From the NCBI GenBank assembly GCA_000747625.2, contig JQDQ01000193.1, positions 63-64,062 on the forward strand: DNA of 64,000 bases, read 5' to 3'. This DNA is from Smithella sp. SCADC. Its GTDB lineage: Bacteria; Desulfobacterota; Syntrophia; Syntrophales; Smithellaceae. Each line of letters starts with the position of its first letter. Position 1 is the first letter of the stretch. A program made the position numbers and the translations under genes. Under the pieces are notes generated by a model. The model was not told where the DNA came from, did no database searches, and saw only the letters and a program-made list of their open reading frames with translations. Of this stretch, positions 43,737-53,676 are shown piece after piece.

Positions 43737-46679
43737 ATGGGTACTTTCAAAAAGATTCTTATCGGCCTGGTTGTTTTTTTGGTTATTTTCGGCATTGCCG
43801 GTTTTTTTATTGCACCCGCTGTTCTCAAGCCGCTGATCATTGAAAAAATTTCAGAGTCTCTGCACAGAAAAACATCAATCGCCAAAATCGACATCAATCC
43901 TTTCGCACTTTCTGTAACCATCAAAGGGTTTTCGCTGGAAGATCCCGGCAAGAAATCGCCGTTTGTTGCGTTTGACGAACTCTATGTGAATGCCGACGCA
44001 TCTTCTTCAATTTTCCGCCGAGCATTGATTTTGAAAAAAATCATTTTGACGAATCCCTACGCCGGCATATCCCGTAAACAGGATGGCGCCTATAACTTTA
44101 CCGATCTCATCCCCAAAGATGAGGGGAAACCCAAGTCTGTTAAGGAAGAGAAGCCTTTTCTTTTTTCCTTAAACAATATTCAGATTATCAATGGAAAAAT
44201 CGATTTTTTCGATGAACCCAGGCACACCAGCCATAGCGTGCGGGAGATGAATCTTTCCATCCCTTTTGTTTCCAATATCGAATACTATCTTCAAGAATAC
44301 GTCGTACCGAAATTTTCCGCCATCGTCAACGATGATAAATTTGAGCTTACGGGTAAAACTCAGCCCTTTCTCACATCGCGCGCCACAAGCTTTGATCTAA
44401 ATGTTCAGGATTTAGACATCCCCTTTTATCTGAATTACGTTCCGGCAAAAATGAACTTTAAGCTCAACTCTGCTCTTCTTGATACGAAGATGAAATTGAA
44501 TTTTGTCATGTATAAAGACAAATCGCCTTCTCTCGTGTTATCAGGCAATGCGACTTTCAAAAAAATAATTCTGGACGATTTACAGAAGAATAAAATTCTG
44601 CATATGCCATACTTGAGCATAAACATGACATCCGTCGAGCCACTCGTACCGGATATTCATCTTGCTGATATTACCATTCAATCGCCGGACTTAGTGATCC
44701 ACCGCAACAAGCAGGGTGAAATCAACTTGCTCAAGCTGGCACAGAAGCAAACAGAAAAAGAAAAGACTACACCAAAAGAAACCGCCGCCGCAACCCCTGC
44801 AAAGGAAACCGGATTAAAATTCCGGCTGGATAATTTTTTTATCGATAAAGCAGATTTTACTTTTATTGACGACAAAACATATAAGCCGGTAAATATTCAT
44901 CTTGCGCCGCTGCAATTGAAAGCGACCAATCTTTCCCTGGAAAAAGGCGCACAGGGCAATATTGATCTGGCGTTTACTCTGGATAAGAAAAGTGAAATAT
45001 CAGCGCACGGACCGCTAGGTTTGGAACCGCTCAACTCCAATCTGGCCTTGGATGTAAAGAATATCAGTATTCGGGCATTTCAGCCCTACTTTACCGATAA
45101 AGTCAAAATTGATGTGACACGGGGCACGGTTTCCACTGCCGGGAATCTTACTCTGGCTAAAGACAAAAAGAATGAACTTGTCATTAAGTATTCCGGCAAG
45201 GCTTACGTAAACAATCTTGCTACTATTGACAAGGCCCAATCCAATGATTTTCTAAAATGGAAAGCGCTTTCTTTCGATCAGATTCAGACAGGCTTCAATC
45301 CTTTTTTCCTGCGTATTAAGACAATCTCGCTTAATGATTTCTATTCACGTTTCATTATCAATCCCGATAAGACAACTAACATTCAGGATATAATGAGCGA
45401 TGAAAGCAAAAAAAAGCAGGGGGAAAAGGAATCTTCCGCTAAATCTGTGGAGAAGAAGCAAGATAAAAAGCCTTCCGAAAAACCGGCAGATATCAAAATC
45501 GGTAAAATAATGTTTCGCGGCGGCAAAATTGATTTCAGCGACAAGAACATCAAACCTAACTACATGGCAAACATGCTCAATTTAACCGGTAGCATCACCG
45601 GACTTTCTTCTCAGGATATGACACGCGCTGATGTTGCGCTCAAGGGCAACCTGGGACACGGATCGCCTATTGACATTGCCGGCAAGATTAATCCGCTGGC
45701 CAAAGATCTTTTCGCCGATATTAAAATCAGTTTTAAAGATATTGAATTGAGTCCGGTTACACCGTATACGAACAAGTACCTCGGTTATCCTATTATCAAG
45801 GGAAAGCTTAATTTCGATGTGGCCTATCTGGTGGATAAAAGAAAACTCGACTCCCAGAATAAAGTGACAATCGACCAGCTTACCTTTGGAGATAAAGTAG
45901 AAAGTCCCGACGCGATTAAAGCGCCGGTAACGCTGGCTGTTTCTCTGTTAACCGACCGCAACGGGCAGATCAATCTGGATGTTCCCGTTTCCGGAAGCCT
46001 TGATGATCCCAAATTCAGAGTCTGGCCGATCATCTGGCAGGTTATTGTAAACCTCATCACTAAAGCCGTCACATCACCCTTTGCACTGATAGCCTCTCTT
46101 ACCGGCGGCGGCGAAGAGTTAAGCTTTATTGAGTTTGATTACGGAAATGCCGTAGTTACAGATGAAAACCGTAAAAAAATAACCCTCATCGGGAAAGCTC
46201 TTTATGAACGGCCGGCACTGAAGCTGGATATTGAAGGATATGTTGATCCCGTAAATGATAAGGCGGGTTTAAAAAATGAAGAATTGAACCGCAGGATCAA
46301 AACGTTGAAACTCAAAGAAATATTGTCGAAAGGCGGCGAGCAGATTGCTCTTGAACAAATTCAGCTTACACCTCAGGAATATGAGAAGTATCTGAAAAAA
46401 ACTTATGATGCCGGAAAATTTACCAAGCCGCGTAACTTTATTGGCATCGCCAAAAAGATTCCGGCGGAGGATATGGAAAAATTGCTGTTGAACAGTATTG
46501 AAGTGACGGACAGCGATTTGCGACAGCTTGCTGAACGGCGCGCGCAAAACGTCAAAGAGCTGATTCTTCAACCTGGCAATGTCGACGCCAGCCGCGTGTT
46601 TATTGTAGAACCAAAAATACTTTCACCGGAGAAAAAAGATAAAGTTAAAGACAGCCGCGTAAATTTTAAGCTGAAGTAG
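43737..46679 (+). CDS. DUF748-domain (AsmA-like) large envelope protein
   Basis: The 980-aa protein has a single N-terminal TM anchor. The opening motif IAKIDINPFALSVTIKGFSLEDP and the repetitive beta-rich body are typical of DUF748/AsmA-like proteins. Confidence 0.55.
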   Translation: MGTFKKILIGLVVFLVIFGIAGFFIAPAVLKPLIIEKISESLHRKTSIAKIDINPFALSVTIKGFSLEDPGKKSPFVAFDELYVNADASSSIFRRALILKKIILTNPYAGISRKQDGAYNFTDLIPKDEGKPKSVKEEKPFLFSLNNIQIINGKIDFFDEPRHTSHSVREMNLSIPFVSNIEYYLQEYVVPKFSAIVNDDKFELTGKTQPFLTSRATSFDLNVQDLDIPFYLNYVPAKMNFKLNSALLDTKMKLNFVMYKDKSPSLVLSGNATFKKIILDDLQKNKILHMPYLSINMTSVEPLVPDIHLADITIQSPDLVIHRNKQGEINLLKLAQKQTEKEKTTPKETAAATPAKETGLKFRLDNFFIDKADFTFIDDKTYKPVNIHLAPLQLKATNLSLEKGAQGNIDLAFTLDKKSEISAHGPLGLEPLNSNLALDVKNISIRAFQPYFTDKVKIDVTRGTVSTAGNLTLAKDKKNELVIKYSGKAYVNNLATIDKAQSNDFLKWKALSFDQIQTGFNPFFLRIKTISLNDFYSRFIINPDKTTNIQDIMSDESKKKQGEKESSAKSVEKKQDKKPSEKPADIKIGKIMFRGGKIDFSDKNIKPNYMANMLNLTGSITGLSSQDMTRADVALKGNLGHGSPIDIAGKINPLAKDLFADIKISFKDIELSPVTPYTNKYLGYPIIKGKLNFDVAYLVDKRKLDSQNKVTIDQLTFGDKVESPDAIKAPVTLAVSLLTDRNGQINLDVPVSGSLDDPKFRVWPIIWQVIVNLITKAVTSPFALIASLTGGGEELSFIEFDYGNAVVTDENRKKITLIGKALYERPALKLDIEGYVDPVNDKAGLKNEELNRRIKTLKLKEILSKGGEQIALEQIQLTPQEYEKYLKKTYDAGKFTKPRNFIGIAKKIPAEDMEKLLLNSIEVTDSDLRQLAERRAQNVKELILQPGNVDASRVFIVEPKILSPEKKDKVKDSRVNFKLK

Positions 46680-46841
46680 TGCATAATTGAGGTAACAAAT
46701 GACGAGAATAGAAAAGATCAGGAATCATTTCACTCTTTTATTGATCCATGGTAAGAATAAAATAACAACACTATAGTTCTCTGTTAAATAATTTAGTATG
46801 GTGTTATGTAATTAGAGGAATATAAAAAGGTACGGTTGTAA

Positions 46842-47816
46842 ATGCTTATTCAGGATGTTTTTTCCGCATATAAAGACGACCTTCAGCGGGTCGAGAAATG
46901 CATCAATGATAATGTGAATTCCGAAATCAAGTTGATTCCTGAAATAGCGCATCATCTGATTGACAGCGGCGGGAAAAGATTCCGTCCTCTTCTTCTTCTT
47001 CTCTGCTCCCGTCTGTGCGGTTATCAAGGAGAGAGCCGTTTTCCTATGGCCACAGTCATGGAATTTATTCACACGGCCACTCTTTTGCATGACGATGTAA
47101 TTGATCAGGCTTTAATCAGGCGCGGCAAAGACTCCGCCAATAAGATCTTCGGAAATTCCGTGAGCATTCTGGTGGGAGATTTTCTCTGCTTCAAGGCTTT
47201 CATGCTGATGAGCGGAATCGGTAATAATGATATCTTCGGACTTGTTTCTCAAATGGGCAATATCATGTCCGAAGGCGAAGTTTTTCAGCTCACGAAATGC
47301 GGCGATGTCAATATAACGGAAAATGAATATCTCAGCATCATTGAAAAGAAAACGGCTGTTTTGATTTCCGCCTCCTGCGCAGCAGGAGCGATTCTGGGTG
47401 ATGCTCCGCGTGAAAAAATAGACGCTCTGAAGCGATTTGGCAGAAACGTGGGCATGGCTTTCCAGATTACGGACGATGTTCTGGATTATATGGCCAAAGG
47501 AGAAGAATTCGGCAAGTCCATCGGCAAAGATCTGGAAGAAGGGAAAATAACCCTGCCGCTAATTTTCGCCATCCGCGATAGCCCGGAAGAAGAGAAAAAC
47601 ACCATCAGAGGAATTATAACCCTCAAAAAAGGATCGCAGAAAGCGGCACGGGAAATTATAAAGTTGATTAAGAAATATAAAGCGATTGATTCTTCGCTGC
47701 AGGTCGCAGCCGGATACATCAGCGAAGCCAAATCACAACTGAGTATTTTCAACGACTGCTCTGAAAAAGATCATTTAAACACGGTTGCCGAATATATCCT
47801 TTTTCGAAATGTATAA
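46842..47816 (+). CDS. ispB: polyprenyl diphosphate synthase (IspB/heptaprenyl-octaprenyl type)
   Basis: The two aspartate-rich motifs are LLHDDVIDQ and FQITDDVLDY, with GKRFRP near the N-terminus. Confidence 0.85.
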   Translation: MLIQDVFSAYKDDLQRVEKCINDNVNSEIKLIPEIAHHLIDSGGKRFRPLLLLLCSRLCGYQGESRFPMATVMEFIHTATLLHDDVIDQALIRRGKDSANKIFGNSVSILVGDFLCFKAFMLMSGIGNNDIFGLVSQMGNIMSEGEVFQLTKCGDVNITENEYLSIIEKKTAVLISASCAAGAILGDAPREKIDALKRFGRNVGMAFQITDDVLDYMAKGEEFGKSIGKDLEEGKITLPLIFAIRDSPEEEKNTIRGIITLKKGSQKAAREIIKLIKKYKAIDSSLQVAAGYISEAKSQLSIFNDCSEKDHLNTVAEYILFRNV

Positions 47817-47839
47817 TGAGGATAAAATGAGGTTTTATA

Positions 47840-48874
47840 ATGGCTGATTTTTTCTTTAAAACAGTGGAGGGCACGAAAAAACCATACGTCGAATCGCTAC
47901 GACAACTTTTGGGACAATTCCGGACACCTTTTACTTCCGGTGACAGCGTCGGGATCAAGCTCCATTGGGGCGAGCGGGGCAATAAAGGCTATCTGCCTCC
48001 TGACTATGCCAAAGAAATCGCCGGCTGGCTTATCGCACAGGGAGCTAAACCCTTTGTTTTTGATACAACTGTGCTTTATTCCGGTGGCCGGCGCACCGCC
48101 GAAGATTCCCTGAATACAGCGGCCAACCACGGTTACACGGCTGATTTTCTCGGATGTCCGATCATTATAGCCGATGGCATTGACGGAAGAGATATCGTTT
48201 CCATCCCGGCAGATTATAAACATTTTAAAACCGTCCAGGTAGCATCTGTCTTGGACAAGACACAGGGTTTTGTTATCTTTTCCCATTTCAAAGGACATAT
48301 GGTTTCTCTGTTTGGCGGCGCCATCAAAAACATTTCCATGGGGTTTGCATCGCGCGCGCAAAAACAGCGTATGCATTCCGATTATCATCCTGTTCTGAAT
48401 AAAAAGAAATGCACCAGATGCTGTGTTTGCGTCAACATCTGCCCGACAAAAGCAGCCAGCATTTCCGAACCCCATTATCCCGAATATGATTTACAAAAGT
48501 GCATCGGCTGTGCTCAGTGCATTGCCATGTGCCCGGAAATGGCTCTTAAAATATTCTGGAATTCGGATATGACGGTTTTTCAGGAAAAGCTCGTTGAGAC
48601 AGCGGCCGCTGTCTGGAAAAAGATTCAGGAGAAGACCATCGTCATCAACGCCCTGCTTAATATCACGGTAGAATGTGACTGCCTGCCGGGAAAGCATCCT
48701 GTCATCAGCGAGGATTGCGGTTTTATCGGCGGCTATAATCCTGTGGAAGTGGATGCGGAATCCCTGAAGATGATAGGACCGGATGTTTTTGAAAAAGTCC
48801 ATCCCGGTATCCCCTGGCAACGTCAGTTTTCCTACGCCCGCGAAATTGGATTTATGAACTCTGTAGGTGACTAG
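47840..48874 (+). CDS. DUF362 domain protein with 2x[4Fe-4S] ferredoxin insert
   Basis: It has a DUF362-like N-terminus (VGIKLHWGE, FVFDT) and two CxxCxxCxxxCP motifs (CTRCCVCVNICP, CIGCAQCIAMCP). The TAG stop lies inside the CTAG boundary of MITE copy B. Confidence 0.7.
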   Translation: MADFFFKTVEGTKKPYVESLRQLLGQFRTPFTSGDSVGIKLHWGERGNKGYLPPDYAKEIAGWLIAQGAKPFVFDTTVLYSGGRRTAEDSLNTAANHGYTADFLGCPIIIADGIDGRDIVSIPADYKHFKTVQVASVLDKTQGFVIFSHFKGHMVSLFGGAIKNISMGFASRAQKQRMHSDYHPVLNKKKCTRCCVCVNICPTKAASISEPHYPEYDLQKCIGCAQCIAMCPEMALKIFWNSDMTVFQEKLVETAAAVWKKIQEKTIVINALLNITVECDCLPGKHPVISEDCGFIGGYNPVEVDAESLKMIGPDVFEKVHPGIPWQRQFSYAREIGFMNSVGD

Positions 48875-49003
48875 TGCTTGATTTCAATATTAACCGTGTC
48901 ATTTCGAAGGAACGAAGTGACTGAGAAATCTTTATAATCATTGAATAAGATTTCTCCCTTCGGTCGAAATGACATATCGGTAACTTTTGCAAGTATGCAC
49001 TAG
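48871..49003 (+). mobile_element. 133-nt MITE-like element, copy B
   Basis: See 1316-1448. It has the same length and is bounded by CTAG at 48871-48874 and 49000-49003. Confidence 0.8.
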
Positions 49004-49065
49004 CCGGATTAAAGCGGGGAATCAGGAAAAGCTGCTGGTCCTAAAAGATCGTCAGGTTCCTGATC

Positions 49066-49104
49066 AAAAAAAGGCTGCGAAAGATGAATCACCTTCCGCA
49101 GCCT
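49066..49104 (-). terminator. rho-independent terminator of the acyl-CoA synthetase gene
   Basis: On the minus strand the stem is aggctgcg / cgcagcct with a ~17-nt loop, followed by a run of 7 T (A-run 49066-49072 on plus). It lies ~60 nt downstream of the stop at 49166. Confidence 0.6.
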
Positions 49105-49165
49105 GTGTAAACAAAATAGTTGTCTTCTGATTTTTTTAAAATATCTCCCGATTATCTATATATGC

Positions 49166-50728
49166 TTAATCCACCTTATCCAGACGAACTCCATGTTTTT
49201 GCTTTAAAGCAATCTTCATTATTTTACCGGTCGCTGTCATGGGCATTTCATCTATCATCTCAACATGGGATGGATATTTGTACTTGCTGACTTTGTCCTG
49301 TAGAAATGCGTGAATTTCCTCCTTAGTTATGGGCTTTCCATCTTCACTCACGACAAAGGCTTTGCCCGTTTCCCCCCATTTGTCATCAGCTACGCCGATG
49401 ATGGCAACATGTTTGATTCTCGGGTAGTCGTAGAGAACCTTCTCTATCTCAGCCGGATAGACGTTTTCGCCTCCGCTCCGATACATGTCCTTGGCCCTGT
49501 CCGCGATGTAGAAATACCCTTCTGCGTCCATATAGCCCAGATCTCCGGTGTGGAGCACACCATTGACAATTGCTTTCGCCGTTGCCTCAGGCATATTCCA
49601 GTATCCGCTCATTACCTTCGGGCCAATAGCCACAATTTCACCGATTTCACCCGGGGGCAGTCTATTGCCATCCGCATCTTCAATCCACATATCGCTCCAT
49701 TCCCTGGGTTTGCCGACAGAAGCGGGTTTGAGCTGAAGTTCTTCGTATGTAAGGTATGTCATGGCTGAATTCTCGGTCTGCCCATAACCCACACCAACTT
49801 TAATTCCTTTTTCTTTTAATTTGTCTAACAGCGCCTTGGGTGTTCTCTCGCCACCTCCGATAGGCATGATAACGCTGCTGCGATCGACTTTGTCCAATTG
49901 ACCTGAATCGAGGATAAGACGCCACATTGTGGTTAGAGCAAAAACGATGTTGACTTTGTATTTTTCCATATCATTGCAAAACTGTACCGGATCGAATTTT
50001 TCTCTTAAGACCATGGTCATACCGCGACTAATGCATGGTAACAAACTGATAAAAAGACCGCCGGAGTGGAATAGCGGCAGCTGCGAAAGAAATACAATGC
50101 CATAAGCCGCTACACCGGTTAAACTTAAAACCTTAAAAAAAGACTGATTATGACTTACAACCGCGCCCTTGGGTGCACCGGTAACGCCCGACGTGTAGAT
50201 AATGCCCAGCGCGTCATCCATAAAAACTTGCTCCTTCACAAACGGTTCAGTGGTCGGGAACTTGTCAAAGTGATCATGGAAACGAACGGCCCAATCGGGA
50301 CAGGAGGGGACATCTGTATCGCGGCCTGGCAGCCAGATATATTTATCCTTATCCACCTGAATATTATCTTTAATTTTGCTGACGTTGTCGAGAAACTTGG
50401 CATGGAAAAAAAGCATGCGGGACCCGCTGTTGTTGAGCTGGTATTCAAGTTCACGGCCTACCAACCGCAGGTTCAGAGGTACAATAATCAGGCCAATTTT
50501 GGCTGCGGCAAAAAATAAGTAAATAAACTCAGTACAGTTTTGAAGGTAAATACCTATTCTATCTCCTTTTTTGACTCCCGTGCTCTGCAAGTAATGGGCT
50601 ACTTGATTAGTACGTTCATTCAACTCCTTAAAAGTGACTGGTTCATCTTCAAAAATGATAGCTTTATTATTCGGTATTATACTGGCCTGCTGTCTCAATA
50701 TGTATCCAACATTCCACACCTGACTCAT
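49166..50728 (-). CDS. AMP-dependent acyl-CoA synthetase/ligase (FadD-like)
   Basis: The AMP-binding motif is IIYTSGVTGAPKGAV, with GYGQTE, GDLGYMDAEGYFYI.DR.KD and a C-terminal PMTATGKI. I take the ATG at 50728 (MSQVWNVGY) as the start. Confidence 0.85.
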   Translation of the reverse strand: MSQVWNVGYILRQQASIIPNNKAIIFEDEPVTFKELNERTNQVAHYLQSTGVKKGDRIGIYLQNCTEFIYLFFAAAKIGLIIVPLNLRLVGRELEYQLNNSGSRMLFFHAKFLDNVSKIKDNIQVDKDKYIWLPGRDTDVPSCPDWAVRFHDHFDKFPTTEPFVKEQVFMDDALGIIYTSGVTGAPKGAVVSHNQSFFKVLSLTGVAAYGIVFLSQLPLFHSGGLFISLLPCISRGMTMVLREKFDPVQFCNDMEKYKVNIVFALTTMWRLILDSGQLDKVDRSSVIMPIGGGERTPKALLDKLKEKGIKVGVGYGQTENSAMTYLTYEELQLKPASVGKPREWSDMWIEDADGNRLPPGEIGEIVAIGPKVMSGYWNMPEATAKAIVNGVLHTGDLGYMDAEGYFYIADRAKDMYRSGGENVYPAEIEKVLYDYPRIKHVAIIGVADDKWGETGKAFVVSEDGKPITKEEIHAFLQDKVSKYKYPSHVEMIDEMPMTATGKIMKIALKQKHGVRLDKVD

Positions 50729-50987
50729 ACTAAATCTCCCTTCTTCTTTGATATTAACAGTGAACAAATATTTAATCGAATCTTTATCAACAACTCTATG
50801 CAACCCCCTTTAGTTAGCAAGGATAATGCCAACCAATAAATTATAACTTTTTATAATGTTTTTATTTATATACCAATTCAAACCTTATAATTATCTTTGG
50901 TGTAACTACCTCCAGGGGACAATAATTAGTCATTAGTGTCCCCTAAAAAGCCCTATGTATCTTAAGTAAAAGTGTTAAAAAGCTATC

Positions 50988-51131
50988 ATGACAATAAGTA
51001 ACAAGCACCTGAAAAGTTCAAGATTGCCAGAGGCCAAATTCAGAGATTTAGTCATGTATTTTTCTGCCGATTTGGACACTCATAAAGTTACTTTTAAAAC
51101 CGGTCTTAATCGTAATACGGTCAACCGTGTT
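50988..51131 (+). pseudogene. N-terminal remnant of an IS1595-family transposase
   Basis: SRLPEAKFRDLVMYFSADLDTHKVTFKTGLNRNTVNRV matches the conserved N-terminal HTH region (LSE.KFR.L...FA.DL.A...A..TGLNRNT.NR). It is followed by unrelated sequence and a stop, and no DDE domain is present. Confidence 0.55.
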
Positions 51132-51144
51132 ATACCGATTAAAA

Positions 51145-51181
51145 TAAAAAAGCCGCCCCTTCAAACACAGACGGCTTTTTA
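51145..51181. terminator. bidirectional-looking terminator downstream of the HU gene
   Basis: The sequence is an A-run, stem agccg...cggct, then a T-run (aaaaaagccgcccc...gacggcttttt). It lies 30 nt past the HU stop on the minus strand. Confidence 0.45.
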
Positions 51182-51210
51182 AACATATCCGGATATGTTT
51201 AATTGCCGAT

Positions 51211-51480
51211 CTACTTTACCGCGTCTTTCAGACCCTTCCCTGCTTTAAATACGGGAACCTTCTTTGCGGCTATCTTAATGGCCGCTCCTGTCTGGGGATT
51301 CCTGCCTGTACGGGCTTTTCTCTTACTCACACGAAACGTACCAAAACCAACAAGCGTAACAGTAGCGCCTTTCTTGAGTGCTTTCTGGATCGCCGCAAAT
51401 GTTGCGTCTAGTGCCAGTTCGGCTTCTTTCTTAGTACACGTAACCTTTGCCACTTCATCAATCAATTGAGCTTTGTTCAT
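51211..51480 (-). CDS. hup: HU family DNA-binding protein
   Basis: [11 protein letters not shown]...[34 protein letters not shown] is canonical HU. Confidence 0.93.
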   Translation of the reverse strand: MNKAQLIDEVAKVTCTKKEAELALDATFAAIQKALKKGATVTLVGFGTFRVSKRKARTGRNPQTGAAIKIAAKKVPVFKAGKGLKDAVK

Positions 51481-51644
51481 TAACTACCTCCTGTTTTTTA
51501 TTTTAATTAGATTTATGACGAACTATACATTACCATTAGCCACAAATCAATCCAAATTCACAACAATTAATGAAATTTGTCATCCACCGGCAGCTCTGGT
51601 CCCATCTGGATATACGCAGGAGCGGGACATAGAATACTACGTCT

Positions 51645-53213
51645 CTAAAATATTACCGGTGGATTATAATATTTCGCCTCAATAATTTCATCGCGGTCAT
51701 GCTTCAGCGCCTGCGGCAGGAATTCCATAATATCCGTTGCCGTGATACCGTCGATGCCTTTTTTTGCCGCAGCCAGATCCCCGGCATAGCCGTGAAGAAA
51801 TACTCCCTTGCGCACCGCCTCTTCGGATTTTAATCCCATGCCGTACATTGCCGCAATACAACCGGTAAGAACATCACCCGAACCGGCTGTTGCCATACCG
51901 GCGTTGCCGCTCAAGTTGATATAAACATTGCCGTCCGGTAAGCCAATCAACGAATGCGCGCCTTTCAAAACAATCGTCGCCTTGAGTCTTGCTGTAGTTT
52001 CCCGTAAAAATGTAATTTTATCACTATTGATTTGCGCTGCTGAGCAACCGGTGAGCCGCGCCATTTCGCCCATGTGCGGCGTCAGGATTGTCGCCGCTTT
52101 ACGGTTGCGCAATATTCCGGGATTTTCCGCAATTGCCGTAAGACCGTCGCCATCGATGAGTAACGGCACTTTTATTTTCTCTGTCAATTCCCTGACAAGC
52201 TTTACTGTTTCTTCTTGTAAGGAAAGACCCGGACCAATGATGACCATATCAACTTGTGCCGCAAAATCCAGCAGGATTTTTTTGTTTTTCAGGGCAATGC
52301 TGCCCGTCGCGGTCTCTTCCTGCGGTAAATAGACAATCTCCCTGCCCCGCTTCGCAATAACAGGAACAACTGATCGGGGGGCGGCAAGGCGAGCGTAACC
52401 GCCGCCCGATTTTAAAAAGGACATGGCCGCGAAATAAGGAGCGCCGTAATAGTTCGCCGCTCCCGCGATAAAAAGAACATCTCCCGTTGAGCCTTTATAA
52501 GCTTCGGCTGGCCGCTGAGGAATAGCCACATAATCATTTGTGGCAATTTTTAACTTGTTATCTTCGGTCAGCGACGGCGGGAAGGAAATGTGGCTGACAA
52601 ATAATTCCCCGCCAAGCCCATAACCCGGATAAAGCATGTTGCCGATTTTGGGCAAACCGAAAGTAACGGTATAATCAGCTCTGATAGCTATTCCCATTAC
52701 CGCGCCGGCATTGCCGTTAATGCCGGAGGGAATATCGAGAGATAAAACTTTCTTTTTACTTTTGTTAATCAGTGCAATCACTTCTTCCGCCAAACCGGTA
52801 ACCGGTCGATCAAGACCCGTACCGAAAATGGCGTCAATAACCGCGTCACAATGGGCGACATCTTTCCTGGCAGCCGCTGCACCTTCCAGTCTAATTACTT
52901 CTATCGGCAGTCTCGTAAGTATCGAAAAGTTTGTTTTGGCTGCTCCCTGATACCTGCTGACATCGCCTGTTAAAAATATTTTTACGCTGCCGCCGTTGGA
53001 ATGAAGCAATCGGGCAATGACCAGTCCGTCACCACCGTTATTACCGGAACCGCAAAAGACAACAAATTTTTTGTCGTGTATGCCGATTTTATCTTTCAAC
53101 ACATGCACTGCTGCCATGCCGGCATTTTCCATGAGAATTTCTTCGGCAATATTTAACTTCTCTATGGCGTAACGATCCATAAAACGCATTTCGTTAATGC
53201 CGGCTATCTTCAT
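51645..53213 (-). CDS. nnr: bifunctional NAD(P)H-hydrate epimerase / ADP-dependent dehydratase
   Basis: The N-terminal YjeF_N has CGSGNNGGDG. The C-terminal carbohydrate-kinase-like domain has TPHMGEMARL and AGSGDVLTG. Confidence 0.88.
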   Translation of the reverse strand: MKIAGINEMRFMDRYAIEKLNIAEEILMENAGMAAVHVLKDKIGIHDKKFVVFCGSGNNGGDGLVIARLLHSNGGSVKIFLTGDVSRYQGAAKTNFSILTRLPIEVIRLEGAAAARKDVAHCDAVIDAIFGTGLDRPVTGLAEEVIALINKSKKKVLSLDIPSGINGNAGAVMGIAIRADYTVTFGLPKIGNMLYPGYGLGGELFVSHISFPPSLTEDNKLKIATNDYVAIPQRPAEAYKGSTGDVLFIAGAANYYGAPYFAAMSFLKSGGGYARLAAPRSVVPVIAKRGREIVYLPQEETATGSIALKNKKILLDFAAQVDMVIIGPGLSLQEETVKLVRELTEKIKVPLLIDGDGLTAIAENPGILRNRKAATILTPHMGEMARLTGCSAAQINSDKITFLRETTARLKATIVLKGAHSLIGLPDGNVYINLSGNAGMATAGSGDVLTGCIAAMYGMGLKSEEAVRKGVFLHGYAGDLAAAKKGIDGITATDIMEFLPQALKHDRDEIIEAKYYNPPVIF

Positions 53214-53285
53214 AATCGGTTCCCCGCAAATAGTATAACATCCCCCGGCAGAAGCCGGGGTTTCCTTAAGTAAATATGCACTGGT

Positions 53286-53635
53286 TCAGTGGCCATTTAT
53301 TCTCAAAACTTTAGCACCGTGGATTTTTCCTTCTTTTATTTCAACAAGAGCGCGATTGACTTCGTTGAGCGGAAATTCTTCCACTTCCGGTATTATTGGT
53401 ATCAGAGCAGCAAGAGTCAAGAATTCCTCGATATCCCGGCGTGTCACATTGGCCACACTTTTTATTTCTTTTTCCTCCATAGATGATCACCATAATCCAG
53501 TTGCATAAGATGATTCTTGTCTCTGTCTTCTTTACGGATAGCGTTAATGACCAATCTTCCGGCAGGTTCCAGATTTTTCAAAGCGTCTATAATCGTTTTC
53601 CACACAGGCGTCGTATCGATAATGGCATCAACTAA
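53286..53635 (-). pseudogene. C-terminal remnant of a zinc-type alcohol dehydrogenase (frameshifted, 5' truncated)
   Basis: One frame gives LVDAIIDTTPVWKTIIDALKNLEPAGRLVINAI...DYGDHLW. A second frame continues EKEIKSVANVTRRDIEEFLTLAA...VNRALVEIKEGKIHGAKVL*. The catalytic and N-terminal domains are absent. Confidence 0.55.
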
Positions 53636-53676
53636 TTTAAAACCCGGTTAGCGGGTAACATTAAAGTTGATTTAGT

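Noticed and set aside
47897-48475. 192-aa minus-strand ORF inside the DUF362 gene, and similar antisense ORFs (22923-23441, 15922-16404, 60779-61381)
   Set aside because: All lie opposite genes with strong family signatures and show no motifs of their own.
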